The notes under the pieces were generated by a model. The model saw only the letters and a list, made by a program, of their open reading frames with translations. It was not told where the DNA came from and did not search any database. Of a stretch of DNA of 42,410 bases, positions 27,401 through 35,794 are shown in pieces (the stretch's first letter is position 1; the number at the start of each line of letters is the position of its first letter). The position numbers and the translations under genes were made by a program. The DNA comes from an uncultured virus (IMG/VR IMGVR_UViG_3300025387_000001). Taxonomy: Duplodnaviria; Heunggongvirae; Uroviricota; Caudoviricetes. Where the stretch lies: the IMG/VR virus record IMGVR_UViG_3300025387_000001; one strand, given 5' to 3'.

Positions 27401-27965
27401 AGTTTGGATTAAAATTCTAAACGCTCAGGATGGTACATCATTCGCACAGCAACATTGGGTTGAATTGTATAAGGATGGTAATGGTGATCAAACCTACTCA
27501 TCACTTGATGATAGAAGTAACTTTAAGGAATATACATATCTTGTTCCTACAAGTTCTGTTGATAGAATAACAATCGCAAACACATTAGGATTCTCAACTG
27601 GTATCAACGTTGGATTCACACTAAACGGTCTAACATCAGGGTTCTCCGCAATGGTAGAGAGAATTGAGGGTGGTACAATCTACGTTATGTCTGATACAGG
27701 ATTTGATGCTGGCGAAACTGCCAATGTTGTAGATACAACTGGTGTCGTAGTAGGCAATACTCAAGTCCTATACACCGGGCGTACCGTGGCACTCAATGGT
27801 GATTATGCTGGTGCTGCTAATGTTATCACCTACACGACTGATGCTGGTGTAACCTATAGCACATACAAATATTTCTCCATCAAGGTAGGTCTCCTAAATG
27901 ATGGTGTAAACTCTGCCGTTGTTCCAAGAGTAGGTGATCTAAGAGCAATTGCTTTGCAAAAATAA
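21453..27965 (+). CDS. Large virion structural protein, DUF4815/VrlC-like
   Basis: NFNVTPYYDDYD...YRILFKPGYSVQARELTQMQ, APGADRL, LARRT-like MARRTFDNSGDY, RYTMRDIG.L..RI.NLEYYTSLSLLE, ends PRVGDLRAIAL. Confidence 0.85.
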   Translation: MDANTSNSTSLTTNFNVTPYYDDYDPSAGYYRILFKPGYSVQARELTQMQTALQEQIARFGKNIFKDGTIVLPGQFTLETNEGRPAGRGISYVKVNDLDASNNTVIMDQWNTYINQGKSNGNTRLEVVGSTSNIYAKVIQVLDGVQSSQNTKTLYVAYTSGSSANVSLKSFQAGETLTANVNGTIRTLVVANTANATGKGSRFSISSGVLFAKNHFVAFPDQAVIIDRYNANPTARVGFYITEDIVTASQDSTLLDPAQEASNYSAPGADRLALNPTLDVVPIDATPSVQDFVSLFTIENGIVKSYNANTQYSYINDAMARRTFDNSGDYVVNGLDVQLKEHDDTGSNYGRYPNGNNKLLYVGVSPGSAYVSGYQVGMPSTMDLATEKGLTTANVTSQLTAINMGQYVTVNEFVGGWQLNKGNTIGLYDTAQKRITGKGWSTAAQTGTLIGNAIILSVQYISGTPGYDAKYNVYLADIKMTGSYTFGQVKSLYAAAVGGYNSAIGADSVLDLNGNAVLQNVPQSTLLYFTGSNYTSTVRDSNDILSSHTTFEFNDTQGISSAVQVSTNGVFTLSISPGIEQFPYGTTTLQGISTNGIYVTFNKTSGGATSMAVGLGGVTSTSSSNVILNGTGTHFTSLNVGDKIKLSGNTFVYQVKSIVSDTQLVVDQDLPSSNNGNTLTKIYEAGDQINLFGIGAAAGSQRTIATTSTSLQFNLQETFPSIFYATVTYPVARTTALEIKKTLNAGRYVMIDCSTAGINGPYDLGFSDVYKIKSIRKGTGSYPSSNTAGLDVTTSFVFDNGQRDTHYDHATIKPKVLLASTDMLLVELDYFYPDFTNRGGFFSIDSYPIQDDDTLFNPANNIRTENIPVFKSSITGQSYDLRNQLDFRVVKDRTATDTTTPGSASVNPSPTSTLIYPAAGMKFPVPSSVVEYDYYYYLGRIDIVVVDKDNRFQVIKGQPTTNPQSPVVPPGVMALSQLTISPYPSLSPAYATKLNRSELASTPKSLAVYRYTMRDIGSLKQRIVNLEYYTSLSLLEKAATGTVIQNDAGLDRYKNGIFTDSFRDNSNAADYDPEFRIVFDTTEKTIRPVYKMESIVYNYLSGTNVKYNNPVITVAYTEVLHHAQQYVTMDINVERQSWLFLGTVNLFPSQDIWVDTTILPDEQLTKQSIYIVTYGSQGTANEAKVAYGTTAHYDLNSGNTNYGIYQANGYFNQNTTGGVVDVLNTTNWNAWNTHVVGYKVYTGSVGSDGNPYSTTFSTYDAARNYANSINPVGGAGVTIETVYNTVRTGTQYWEADSTDTVQTDYKVIDVQNYAYIRPQTIAVQCTGMKPFTRMWPYFDSVAMANSARPLTANQFSWIINNGQYGLAANTLNNISLGTSTNPAAGIVALPSTLGPWANYGDSLITDANGIVTFQMQITTGQFRVGQRQCLVIDSRNYIDLSSATSTADIPVDVSTGGAAVFTASGQAVTKQRSILSTKTVSYHAEAVSQNYNSAGFEYIAAPPPPAPASHSCTAYSFLASAPNGEEGIFLTSVDLFVSRIGREGFWCEIREMDSGQQITRNTVPYSEVFFNNPASVPISTNGRDNPCNVKFDIPIFLYNNTQYAFVIHPINANPDLYVWCSRLGELDINGLGTLNDRRGTGTFYQTNNNTNWDIIEGLDLTCNFYRAEFNKNQASATIGNRPIEKLFVRNVGIDFSNNRGDIFISGDHISLPALNSGASVAVTDFVVGDRSFVNSAAVNVSTGIAGVIAAGNTGYYVGEVIRIYSSNGTFKGQATNSGITNGQGTLDYYINGSDTSLVQLTGSGGGFVVGDAIICSTDWSQYGYLYNIYAISNWRYSAFHFEPSALNFQLTDMTYEMTSVGTTGSNQLVTKIDPSTTQYFNTERAVLSRTNEINQLAGANSQIISVNMKTSSNAVSPLLDLTKTQTIILDNIINNDTTDETLPTHGALINKYISKTVTLAEGQDAEDMQVILSAYRPPGTDVKVWIKILNAQDGTSFAQQHWVELYKDGNGDQTYSSLDDRSNFKEYTYLVPTSSVDRITIANTLGFSTGINVGFTLNGLTSGFSAMVERIEGGTIYVMSDTGFDAGETANVVDTTGVVVGNTQVLYTGRTVALNGDYAGAANVITYTTDAGVTYSTYKYFSIKVGLLNDGVNSAVVPRVGDLRAIALQK

Positions 27966-27974
27966 GAGGTTATA

Positions 27975-28751
27975 ATGGAATTTACTTTTGATATGAGTGA
28001 AATGATGACCCACATCATAAATGTGGATTTTAAAGATGGTCGTGGTAAAGTTCCTGCTCACCAACATGTAAATGGTGGAGGATGGGTAGCAGAAACGGCA
28101 CATGTTGATTCAGAATGTTATGTTGGACCTCATGCAGTGGTTTTTGGTAATGCAAGAGTTACTGAAAAGGCCGTCATAAACGATTTTGCAAAAGTATATG
28201 GTAGTGCTAGAGTTTATGGATCCGCAAGAGTTTATGGTGATGCTGAAGTATATGATACGGCACAGATATATGATAATGCCAGGGTATGTGGACATGCAAA
28301 AGTCTATGAAAATGCAAGAGTTGTAAATAATGCCTTGGTATATGATAATGCGGAAGTTTACGGTAATGCTATGGTTAGAAACAATGCAGAGGTTCTAAAT
28401 CACGGAAAAATATTTGGTAATGCTGACATATATGACTCCATAAAGATTTATGATAATTGTGTGGTATCAAGAAAACCTATTGTTTGTTTTGGATTTGACT
28501 CAAACGTATTGATTGCTGATCATCATGTGGCATTAGGTTGTGTTGTCTTTCCTCCATATTTTGTGGCCAAGACAGGTAAAAGAATGATGAGACTTATGGG
28601 TTATAGTCCAGATATCTCAGAAAAGTGGATTCAGGCCTTACAATTTGTTATTGAGTTTCATGGTTGTACCGATAGACCGGAAGACCTAGAACATTTTGAT
28701 GAACGAAAGGCCATTATGGATCTACTAACTGCCAAAGTAGGTATTAGATGA
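27975..28751 (+). CDS. Left-handed beta-helix (hexapeptide repeat) protein
   Basis: H.NGGGWVAETAHV, followed by many six-residue A.VY(G/D)N-type repeats. Confidence 0.75.
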   Translation: MEFTFDMSEMMTHIINVDFKDGRGKVPAHQHVNGGGWVAETAHVDSECYVGPHAVVFGNARVTEKAVINDFAKVYGSARVYGSARVYGDAEVYDTAQIYDNARVCGHAKVYENARVVNNALVYDNAEVYGNAMVRNNAEVLNHGKIFGNADIYDSIKIYDNCVVSRKPIVCFGFDSNVLIADHHVALGCVVFPPYFVAKTGKRMMRLMGYSPDISEKWIQALQFVIEFHGCTDRPEDLEHFDERKAIMDLLTAKVGIR

Positions 28752-28948
28752 CGGACGCAAAAACAGATTTACCTGGTGTTTATAGAACCCCTGAGGGATT
28801 TCTTATAAATAAGGATAATAAATCTCTAGAAGCATATAAGGCTAGAAGACAAAGAGAAAAAGAACTCGATACATTAAAAGATGATGTATCATCACTTAAA
28901 AATGATTTACAAGAAATAAAAGATTTGTTAAAAGGACTGGTAAAGTAA
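28748..28948 (+). CDS. Small coiled-coil virion protein
   Basis: 66 aa, LINKD...AYK..R then heptads; usual companion of DUF4815 genes. Confidence 0.65.
   Translation: MTDAKTDLPGVYRTPEGFLINKDNKSLEAYKARRQREKELDTLKDDVSSLKNDLQEIKDLLKGLVK
28804..28811 (+). promoter_or_regulatory. Late promoter embedded in coding sequence
   Basis: TATAAATA inside the LINK codons, upstream of the 28949 fibre gene. Confidence 0.55.
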
Positions 28949-31528
28949 ATGGGAATTGCAAACGTTAACCTCACTGATACATTCCAAACCTGGGTTACTA
29001 AAACTAACCAGGTGATCATTTATGCAAACCAGTTAGATAATACGCAAAATTTACAGTTTCAAGCTCTAAATACATCTTTCACCACTTTGAATTCTGCATA
29101 TACAACGACAAATTCTAGTTATGTCGTTACTAACATTGCTTTCAATACCACAAATGCTTGTTATAACGTAACAAATGCTAATTATGATACAACAAATGCT
29201 AACTATATCCTTACCAATTCAGCATTTGTTCGTGTAAATTCGGTTTATGATCTAACAAATTCCAATTATGATACAACCAATGCAGCATGGGGTATGCTAA
29301 ATTCTGCATATGTTGTTGCCAACGCAGCATATAATAATGCCAATGTTGGTTTTATTTCTACTAATAACTATGCTAATCTTGTAGGTATATCCTCTAATGC
29401 TTATGCCGTAGTGGTTGGAGCATCCGCAAATGCATATACAAATGTTGTAGGTTCATCATCCAATGCTTATACCAATGTTGCGGTAACAGCATCAAATGCA
29501 TATACAAATGTTGTAGGTTCATCGGCCAATGCTTATTCAAATTTTGTAGGAATAGCAGGAAATGCTTATACCAATGTTGCGGTAACAGCATCAAATGCAT
29601 ATACAAATGTTGTAGGTTCATCGGCCAATGCTTATTCCGTAGTAATTGGTGCCTCTGGTAATGCTTATGCCAACGTAGTTGGTACATCAGGCAATTCTTA
29701 TACGGTTGTTGTTGGTACATCAGGTAATGCATTTGCCAATGTTGTTGGTGTTAATGCTAATAACTGGAGCAATTCATATTCTAATACGGTTGGTGTTAAT
29801 GCTAATAACTGGGCAAATACCGTAGTTCTTAATGCCAATACATATGCTAACTTGGTTGGTGCTAGTGCTAATGCCTATACAATGACCGTGGATTCAAAGG
29901 CACAATCGGCATTTACCTTAGCAAATAACGTAAACGGTGCTATAACACTTATATTAGGAAATAGTGCAAACTCTCTACAAGTAGCACAAGCAAACTATAA
30001 TACAACCAATGCGGCGTTTGACTCTGCTAACACAACTGCTAATAATCTCGCTAATACCGCCGTTGCTGCCAATAACTATGCTGGTTATATGGCAAATTCC
30101 GCCAACGGCCGCGCTAATACTACCGTTGCTGCTGCTTATGCATATGTAAATACTACCTCATCTTCAATAAATGCTTATGCTAACCTTGTCGGAACATCTG
30201 GCAATGCTTATATAGTTGTTGTTGGTGCTTCAGGAAATGCTTATACAAATACAGTAACAGCATCCGATAGAGCATATACCAATACATCCGTAACATCGGC
30301 TAATGCCTATTCCGTAGTAGTTGGTGCCTCTGGTAATGCCTATTCAAACGTTGTAGGAGCATCTGGTAATGCTTATGCTAACGTAGTTGGTGCCTCTGGT
30401 AATGCATACTCCAACGTAGTTGGAACGTCAGGAAACGCCTATTCAGTAGTAGTTGGAGCATCTGGTAATGCCTATACTAACGTAGTTGGAACTAGTGCCA
30501 ATAACTATGCGTCGGCCACATATTATGCTAAAGTGGGCGGAACAATTTCAGGCGATGTATTCATTACAGGCAACTTAACCATTGCTGGTAATACCACATA
30601 TGCCAATACAAATACATTCCTTGTAGGAAATAATACTATTGTCCTTGATACAAACTTACCAAGTTCTGCATCACCATTCTTAAACGCAGGTATCATTGTT
30701 AATAGAGGCAATAAAAATTCTAATGCTGCTATTACATGGGTTGAAGTATCAAATGCTTGGGCATTTACAAGTAATACACTAAATGCTTACACAACTTTTA
30801 TCGCATCAAATGGTGATGTTCTTTCTGTAGCAACAAATACAACTGCTGCTTTCGGACATTCTAATTTAACTTATGCAGCAGTAAATAGTGCCTTTGGTGT
30901 TATCAATGCCGCCTTTGGTGTTGCTAATAATGCCTATACTTCCACTAATGGTTCTGCTGCCTTTGGTTTTGCTAATGGTGTTTCAACCAATACTACCGCA
31001 GCATTTGCCAAAGCAAATGGTGTATCAGCCGGTGCTAATGCTTATGCCTCATCGGTTGGTACTTCTACCAATAACTATACATCTGCTACTTACTCAACAT
31101 TAACACAATTTGGATCAGTGTTTGGTGTTGCTAATTCTGCTTTTACAAAAGCAAATAATGCTGCTACTTCTGCTAATCCAACATTTACAGGAACAATTGA
31201 TCTTACATCTGCAAGTTTTAAAAACCAAACATTAACAGATGCAGCAACAATTTCGTGGGATACATCATTAGGCACAGTTGCAACTATCACATTAGGCGAC
31301 AACAGGATTATGGGTGCTCCGACAAATCTCAAAGTTTCTACATATATACTACACGTTTATCAAGACTCAACAGGAGATAGAACTCTTGATTTTACAACCG
31401 CAGGTATATTCAAATGGCCAGGAGGTGTTGCTCCTGTAATAACACCAGGTCCAAATGCTCATGATGTTATTTCTTTTGTCTGTGATGGTACTTATCTTTA
31501 TGGATCATGGTTACCAGACGTAACTTAA
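28949..31528 (+). CDS. Tail fibre protein A (Asn/Ala-rich coiled-coil stalk, C-terminal WD..-WP..-CDG domain)
   Basis: N-terminal NVNLTDTFQTW..KTN; 11-residue NAY.NVVG.S. repeats; GNLTIAGNTT beta segment; C-terminal ISWD...QD.TG.RT...FKWP.G.AP...D..SF.CDG..LYG. Confidence 0.75.
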   Translation: MGIANVNLTDTFQTWVTKTNQVIIYANQLDNTQNLQFQALNTSFTTLNSAYTTTNSSYVVTNIAFNTTNACYNVTNANYDTTNANYILTNSAFVRVNSVYDLTNSNYDTTNAAWGMLNSAYVVANAAYNNANVGFISTNNYANLVGISSNAYAVVVGASANAYTNVVGSSSNAYTNVAVTASNAYTNVVGSSANAYSNFVGIAGNAYTNVAVTASNAYTNVVGSSANAYSVVIGASGNAYANVVGTSGNSYTVVVGTSGNAFANVVGVNANNWSNSYSNTVGVNANNWANTVVLNANTYANLVGASANAYTMTVDSKAQSAFTLANNVNGAITLILGNSANSLQVAQANYNTTNAAFDSANTTANNLANTAVAANNYAGYMANSANGRANTTVAAAYAYVNTTSSSINAYANLVGTSGNAYIVVVGASGNAYTNTVTASDRAYTNTSVTSANAYSVVVGASGNAYSNVVGASGNAYANVVGASGNAYSNVVGTSGNAYSVVVGASGNAYTNVVGTSANNYASATYYAKVGGTISGDVFITGNLTIAGNTTYANTNTFLVGNNTIVLDTNLPSSASPFLNAGIIVNRGNKNSNAAITWVEVSNAWAFTSNTLNAYTTFIASNGDVLSVATNTTAAFGHSNLTYAAVNSAFGVINAAFGVANNAYTSTNGSAAFGFANGVSTNTTAAFAKANGVSAGANAYASSVGTSTNNYTSATYSTLTQFGSVFGVANSAFTKANNAATSANPTFTGTIDLTSASFKNQTLTDAATISWDTSLGTVATITLGDNRIMGAPTNLKVSTYILHVYQDSTGDRTLDFTTAGIFKWPGGVAPVITPGPNAHDVISFVCDGTYLYGSWLPDVT
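29462..29637 (+). repeat. 77-nt direct repeat, 99-nt (33-codon) period
   Basis: Identical copies at 29462-29538 and 29561-29637; the period equals three 11-aa units. Confidence 0.85.
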
Positions 31529-31537
31529 GGAAAAAAA

Positions 31538-31879
31538 ATGTCCGAATACGTAGAACTTTATATGGACCAAGGTGCAGACTTTAGCACTACTATACAGATA
31601 AATAGTGAAGATAATAATTTAGCACAAAACCTAACTGGTTATATTGTAACCAGTCAAATGAGAAAATCTTTAGTTTCTATAAATGCAACTGCCAACTTGG
31701 TTTGTACCATTCCTGATGCCAATACAGGCGAGATTTTTGTAGAACTAGATGCTGCTAATACGGCCAATATAGAGGCTGGAACATATTTCTTTGATGTTAA
31801 AGTGAATGATACTGTTGCTGGATTAAGATCCAGACTTATTGAAGGTATTATGTTTGTTACTCCAACAATAACACAATAG
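31538..31879 (+). CDS. Small Ig-like fibre adaptor / virion structural protein
   Basis: ELYMDQGADFS...NLTGY...QMRKS...G.I...L...T..I.AG.Y..DV...R..EG...VTP..T pattern common in T4-like fibre clusters. Confidence 0.65.
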   Translation: MSEYVELYMDQGADFSTTIQINSEDNNLAQNLTGYIVTSQMRKSLVSINATANLVCTIPDANTGEIFVELDAANTANIEAGTYFFDVKVNDTVAGLRSRLIEGIMFVTPTITQ

Positions 31880-31889
31880 GTACAACTAT

Positions 31890-32099
31890 ATGGCCAAAAT
31901 AGTAGTAACAACAACACCTAAAAACCGAATTTTGATAAATACATTTAATGGCGCAGGTGGCGGCGGAGTCCAAGAACTTGTTCAACTTAAAGACGTTGAT
32001 GCCAGCCATATAGCAAATAACGAGACAGTCGTTTATGATGAGCAAAGTGGAAAATTTGTAATCGAAGCATTGCCCATCTTAGACGGAGGAGAATTTTAA
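31890..32099 (+). CDS. 69-aa linker protein ending in LDGGEF
   Basis: L..L.DVD.....ETVVYD..SGKF and a C-terminal DGGxF motif. Confidence 0.6.
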   Translation: MAKIVVTTTPKNRILINTFNGAGGGGVQELVQLKDVDASHIANNETVVYDEQSGKFVIEALPILDGGEF

Positions 32100-32102
32100 G
32101 AT

Positions 32103-33233
32103 ATGACAGCAAGTAATACAATCATCCAGATCAAACGATCTTCATCAACAGTAGTTCCAATAGACGGATCACTAAATCCAGCGGAACTTGCGTATTCCTA
32201 TAATTCTGAAAAACTATTTATAGGTAATGCAGCTGGCGATGGCGTTATAGCCATTGGCGGTCAGTTTTTCATTGATCAACAGAACAGTATTTACGATTTA
32301 GTTAATGCTGCTTATGCACAAGCAAATACTTCTTCTGATACATCTTTTATATTTGACCTATTAAATGTAACATTTAATACCACTAATTCTGCATACACTC
32401 TTGCTAATGCTAACTTTGATGTTACCAATGCGGCATATGGATTAGCAAATTCCAATTATGATGTTACCAATGCAGCATACACTCTTGCCAATGCTAACTT
32501 TGACGTTACCAATGCTGCATATACACTGGCCAATGCTAACTTTGATGTAGCAAATGCTGCTTATGGTTATGCAAACGCATCTAATACTTGGGCAAATACA
32601 ACATTTGTAAAATTGTCTTTACCTGGACAAACACAAACGATTGCAAGTGATATTGCTATTACAGGTAATCTTAATGTAACTGGTACAACCACTTATGTTA
32701 ATACAACAACAGCTCAAGTAGGCACTAATCTTCTTATTTTGGATGCAGAGTTACCAAACACAGATGCACCATATATGTTGCAATCTGGTTTTCAAGTTAA
32801 CCGTGGTTCATCTACCAATACATATCTCGTTTGGGACGAATCATTTACTAAATGGGCCTTTTCAAATGACGGTTTAAATGAACTATTCATTGCTTCTAAT
32901 ACAGACATTGAGGCCGGTAATTCTTATGCATCAGCAGTTGGCGTTGCTGCTAACGTTTATGCTGCGGCAGTTGGTGTATCTGCTAATGTTTATGCCGATG
33001 GAGTAGGATCAGCTGCAAATACAAATGCTGCTAATGCATCCTACATTAATACAGGAACACTAGCAGTTCCTTATGGCGGTACAGGAGTAGGTACATTCAC
33101 CGTAAACGGTATACTATACGGTAATACAACAGGTCCTTTGAACGTAACTGCTGCTGGTACATCAGGTCAAGTATTACAGGCTGATACACTCGGTGTTCCA
33201 TTCTTCGGTATGCTAGACGGAGGTTCTTTCTAA
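32103..33233 (+). CDS. Tail fibre protein B (Mtd-N-like N-terminus, ends LDGGSF)
   Basis: IIQIKRS...L..AELAYSYNSEKLFIG; 14-residue NAAYTLANANFDVT repeats; GTLAVPYGGTG. Confidence 0.7.
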   Translation: MTASNTIIQIKRSSSTVVPIDGSLNPAELAYSYNSEKLFIGNAAGDGVIAIGGQFFIDQQNSIYDLVNAAYAQANTSSDTSFIFDLLNVTFNTTNSAYTLANANFDVTNAAYGLANSNYDVTNAAYTLANANFDVTNAAYTLANANFDVANAAYGYANASNTWANTTFVKLSLPGQTQTIASDIAITGNLNVTGTTTYVNTTTAQVGTNLLILDAELPNTDAPYMLQSGFQVNRGSSTNTYLVWDESFTKWAFSNDGLNELFIASNTDIEAGNSYASAVGVAANVYAAAVGVSANVYADGVGSAANTNAANASYINTGTLAVPYGGTGVGTFTVNGILYGNTTGPLNVTAAGTSGQVLQADTLGVPFFGMLDGGSF

Positions 33234-33262
33234 TTTTTTAACTCGTAAACTGGAGATTGGTT

Positions 33263-33910
33263 ATGTCGGATTCAAGTGCTTTTGTTAATTCTTATATTGA
33301 AAATGCGATTGGAATGTTACATGAAAATATAAGTACCATTCTACAATTAAAAACGCAGACAAAATTATCAAATGATATAGCAAAAGCAAAAGTTGAAGAA
33401 GTAATAAAACTCCAAGAAGAGTTGAATAAAGTTAAATCCGAATTGGAAATGAGTAAGTCCGACCTACAATCAAAGTTGGACTTTACTCGTTCCGATTTGG
33501 AAGGCAAATTAAGTAATACTCGCACAGAACTGCAAAAAACTAAAACAATTGACAATGAGCAAATAAATAATGCTCGTAAAGATGCCAAAAGATGGGAAGA
33601 TGAATGTAATGCATTGAAAAATAAAGTATCAGTTTTAGATACTTTGACTAATCAATTCAATGATGTAAAAAAGCAACTTATTGATAAAAATAATGAATTT
33701 AATTCTTTAAAAGAAAAATATGATAGTTTACAAAACTTAGCTACTGAATTAGATAAACTGAAAAAATTACTTGATGAAAAAGAAAAACAAATAGAAATAC
33801 TTGAAAATCAAAATGTTAAAAAATCGTCTCAATCTTTTCCTAAAAAAAGTATAAATACTAAAAACATTGTTTCATCTGTAGAACCGGAAGAGAAAGCTGA
33901 CGATTTTTAA
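33263..33910 (+). CDS. Coiled-coil protein, probable fibre assembly chaperone
   Basis: K/E/L heptads throughout. GGAG SD fits ATG 33263 better than TTG 33257. Sits within the fibre cluster. Confidence 0.55.
   Translation: MSDSSAFVNSYIENAIGMLHENISTILQLKTQTKLSNDIAKAKVEEVIKLQEELNKVKSELEMSKSDLQSKLDFTRSDLEGKLSNTRTELQKTKTIDNEQINNARKDAKRWEDECNALKNKVSVLDTLTNQFNDVKKQLIDKNNEFNSLKEKYDSLQNLATELDKLKKLLDEKEKQIEILENQNVKKSSQSFPKKSINTKNIVSSVEPEEKADDF
33850..33857 (+). promoter_or_regulatory. Late promoter embedded in coding sequence
   Basis: TATAAATA inside the SINT codons, about 50 nt before the 33910 gene. Confidence 0.55.
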
Positions 33911-35733
33911 TGTCAAACACAGTAATTCAACTTAAAAGTTCCGGTGTACCGTCTCATATTCCGACTAGTCTGGCCAATGGTGAGATTGCTCTTAACTATG
34001 CTGATGGTAAATTTTATTATAAAAACGTTACAGGACAAATTGTAAGTTTTTCTGGTTCTGGTAATGTTTATAGTTTTGCTACTATTAATGCCAATAACTC
34101 TCTTATTACAGCACTAAGTAATAGTTCAGTTCTTTCTATAGTTCCAGGTCAAAATATTGGTATTACTTCCGATATTATCAACGACATCATAACTATTAGT
34201 GCTAATTTAAAACCAGCATTTGACATTGCCAATTCTGCATTTAACTATGCTAATACGCTTTCAGGTGGATTAAATCTTACAGACATTAGTGATAGAGCAA
34301 ACCTTGCTTTAGATGAGGCAAACGCTGCCTATGATGTTGCCAATGCTGCCTATGGTGCTGCTAATGCTGCCAGTGGTGGTATTGATATTACAGCGATTTA
34401 TAATGAGGCAAACGCTGCCTATGATGTTGCCAATGCTGCCTTTAATTATGCTAATGGAATTGGAACTTATGAATCCGCTTCTTATAATGTTGCTAATGCG
34501 GCATTTGACAAGGCCAATTCTGCCAACTCTCTAGCATATAATACTGGTATTGGTGCAAATAACTATGCCGGTGCAATGGCTAATAGTTCTAATGGTTATG
34601 CATATAATGTAGGTATTTCTGGTAATGCATATGCCGATACAATTGGAACAAATGCTAATAATTATGCCAATCTATCATTTTATACCATTGCTAACGGACA
34701 ATCTTTATATGATACATCTAATGCAGCATTTGGTGTCGCTAATTCAGCATATGATAATGCCAATGCTACATTAATACTAACACAGGCAGCATTTGATTAT
34801 GCCAACTCTATAGGTACCAGTGAAAGTGCGGCGTATCTTGTTGCTAATGATGCCTTTGATACAGCCAATGCTGCTTATGATAAAGCAAACTCTGCCAATT
34901 CTTTAGCATACAATACTGGTATCGGTGCTAATGCTTATTCTTACATCTCAACATCTTCTGCAAATAACTATGCTGGTGTTATGGCAAATTCTGTTAATGC
35001 TTATGTTGATACATCCACCAGTGCTGCCAATAACTTTGCCGGTGCAATGGCAAATTCATCCAATGCCTATACCAGAACATTTGCTAATACAGTTGGTGTA
35101 AAAGCAAACACATGGGCCAATACCGTTGGTGCTTCTGGAAATGCTTATACTAATCTATCCACAACATCTGCCAATAACTATGCTGGATATCTATCAAATA
35201 CTGTATATGGTTATGTAAACACCTCTATGACAATTGCCAATGCAGCATTTGATAATTCCAATACTTCATATAATCTGACAAATGCAACCTATACTGCGGT
35301 TAATTCAGCATTTGGTGTTATCAATGCGGCATTTACAACTGCTAATAATGCACTGGCAAACAATTCTGGTAGCGTATTTAATGGTGACCTGATAATTACA
35401 GGAAGTGTAACAGTAGGATCTTCCGAACTCACAAACTTTACATTAACAACATCTTCAAATAATGACCAAATTCTAGACCATTTCCAAACAACTTCATATC
35501 GTTCGGCTCATTATACTATTACAATTGATGCTGGTGTTGAATGGGAAACCACACAGATTTCTCTAATTCATAATAGCACAGATACATTTATTACAGAATA
35601 TGGATTGTTATATACTTCCAACATTCTTGCTACATTTAGTGCATCTGTTACTTTAGGTGAAGTTAGATTAAATGTTGTTCCTAAGTATGCTTCTTCTACA
35701 ATTAGAGTATTAAGAACAACACTTGATGATTAA
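33910..35733 (+). CDS. Tail fibre protein C (Mtd-N-like N-terminus, C-terminal YRSA..TEYG domain)
   Basis: VIQLKSS...P.SLANGEIALNYADGKFYYKN; AN-rich repeats; C-terminal D.F....YRSAHY.....IHN.....TEYG. Confidence 0.7.
   Translation: MSNTVIQLKSSGVPSHIPTSLANGEIALNYADGKFYYKNVTGQIVSFSGSGNVYSFATINANNSLITALSNSSVLSIVPGQNIGITSDIINDIITISANLKPAFDIANSAFNYANTLSGGLNLTDISDRANLALDEANAAYDVANAAYGAANAASGGIDITAIYNEANAAYDVANAAFNYANGIGTYESASYNVANAAFDKANSANSLAYNTGIGANNYAGAMANSSNGYAYNVGISGNAYADTIGTNANNYANLSFYTIANGQSLYDTSNAAFGVANSAYDNANATLILTQAAFDYANSIGTSESAAYLVANDAFDTANAAYDKANSANSLAYNTGIGANAYSYISTSSANNYAGVMANSVNAYVDTSTSAANNFAGAMANSSNAYTRTFANTVGVKANTWANTVGASGNAYTNLSTTSANNYAGYLSNTVYGYVNTSMTIANAAFDNSNTSYNLTNATYTAVNSAFGVINAAFTTANNALANNSGSVFNGDLIITGSVTVGSSELTNFTLTTSSNNDQILDHFQTTSYRSAHYTITIDAGVEWETTQISLIHNSTDTFITEYGLLYTSNILATFSASVTLGEVRLNVVPKYASSTIRVLRTTLDD
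34313..34441 (+). repeat. 39-nt direct repeat, 90-nt period
   Basis: ATGAGGCAAACGCTGCCTATGATGTTGCCAATGCTGCCT at 34313 and 34403. Confidence 0.8.
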
Positions 35734-35753
35734 GGTATTAAAAATAAAAATTA

Positions 35754-35761
35754 TATAAATA
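35754..35761 (+). promoter_or_regulatory. T4-type late promoter
   Basis: Intergenic TATAAATA upstream of the 1665-aa fibre gene. Confidence 0.7.
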
Positions 35762-35794
35762 GATAAAATAGACATTTAGGGGAAAGGGAACCAA

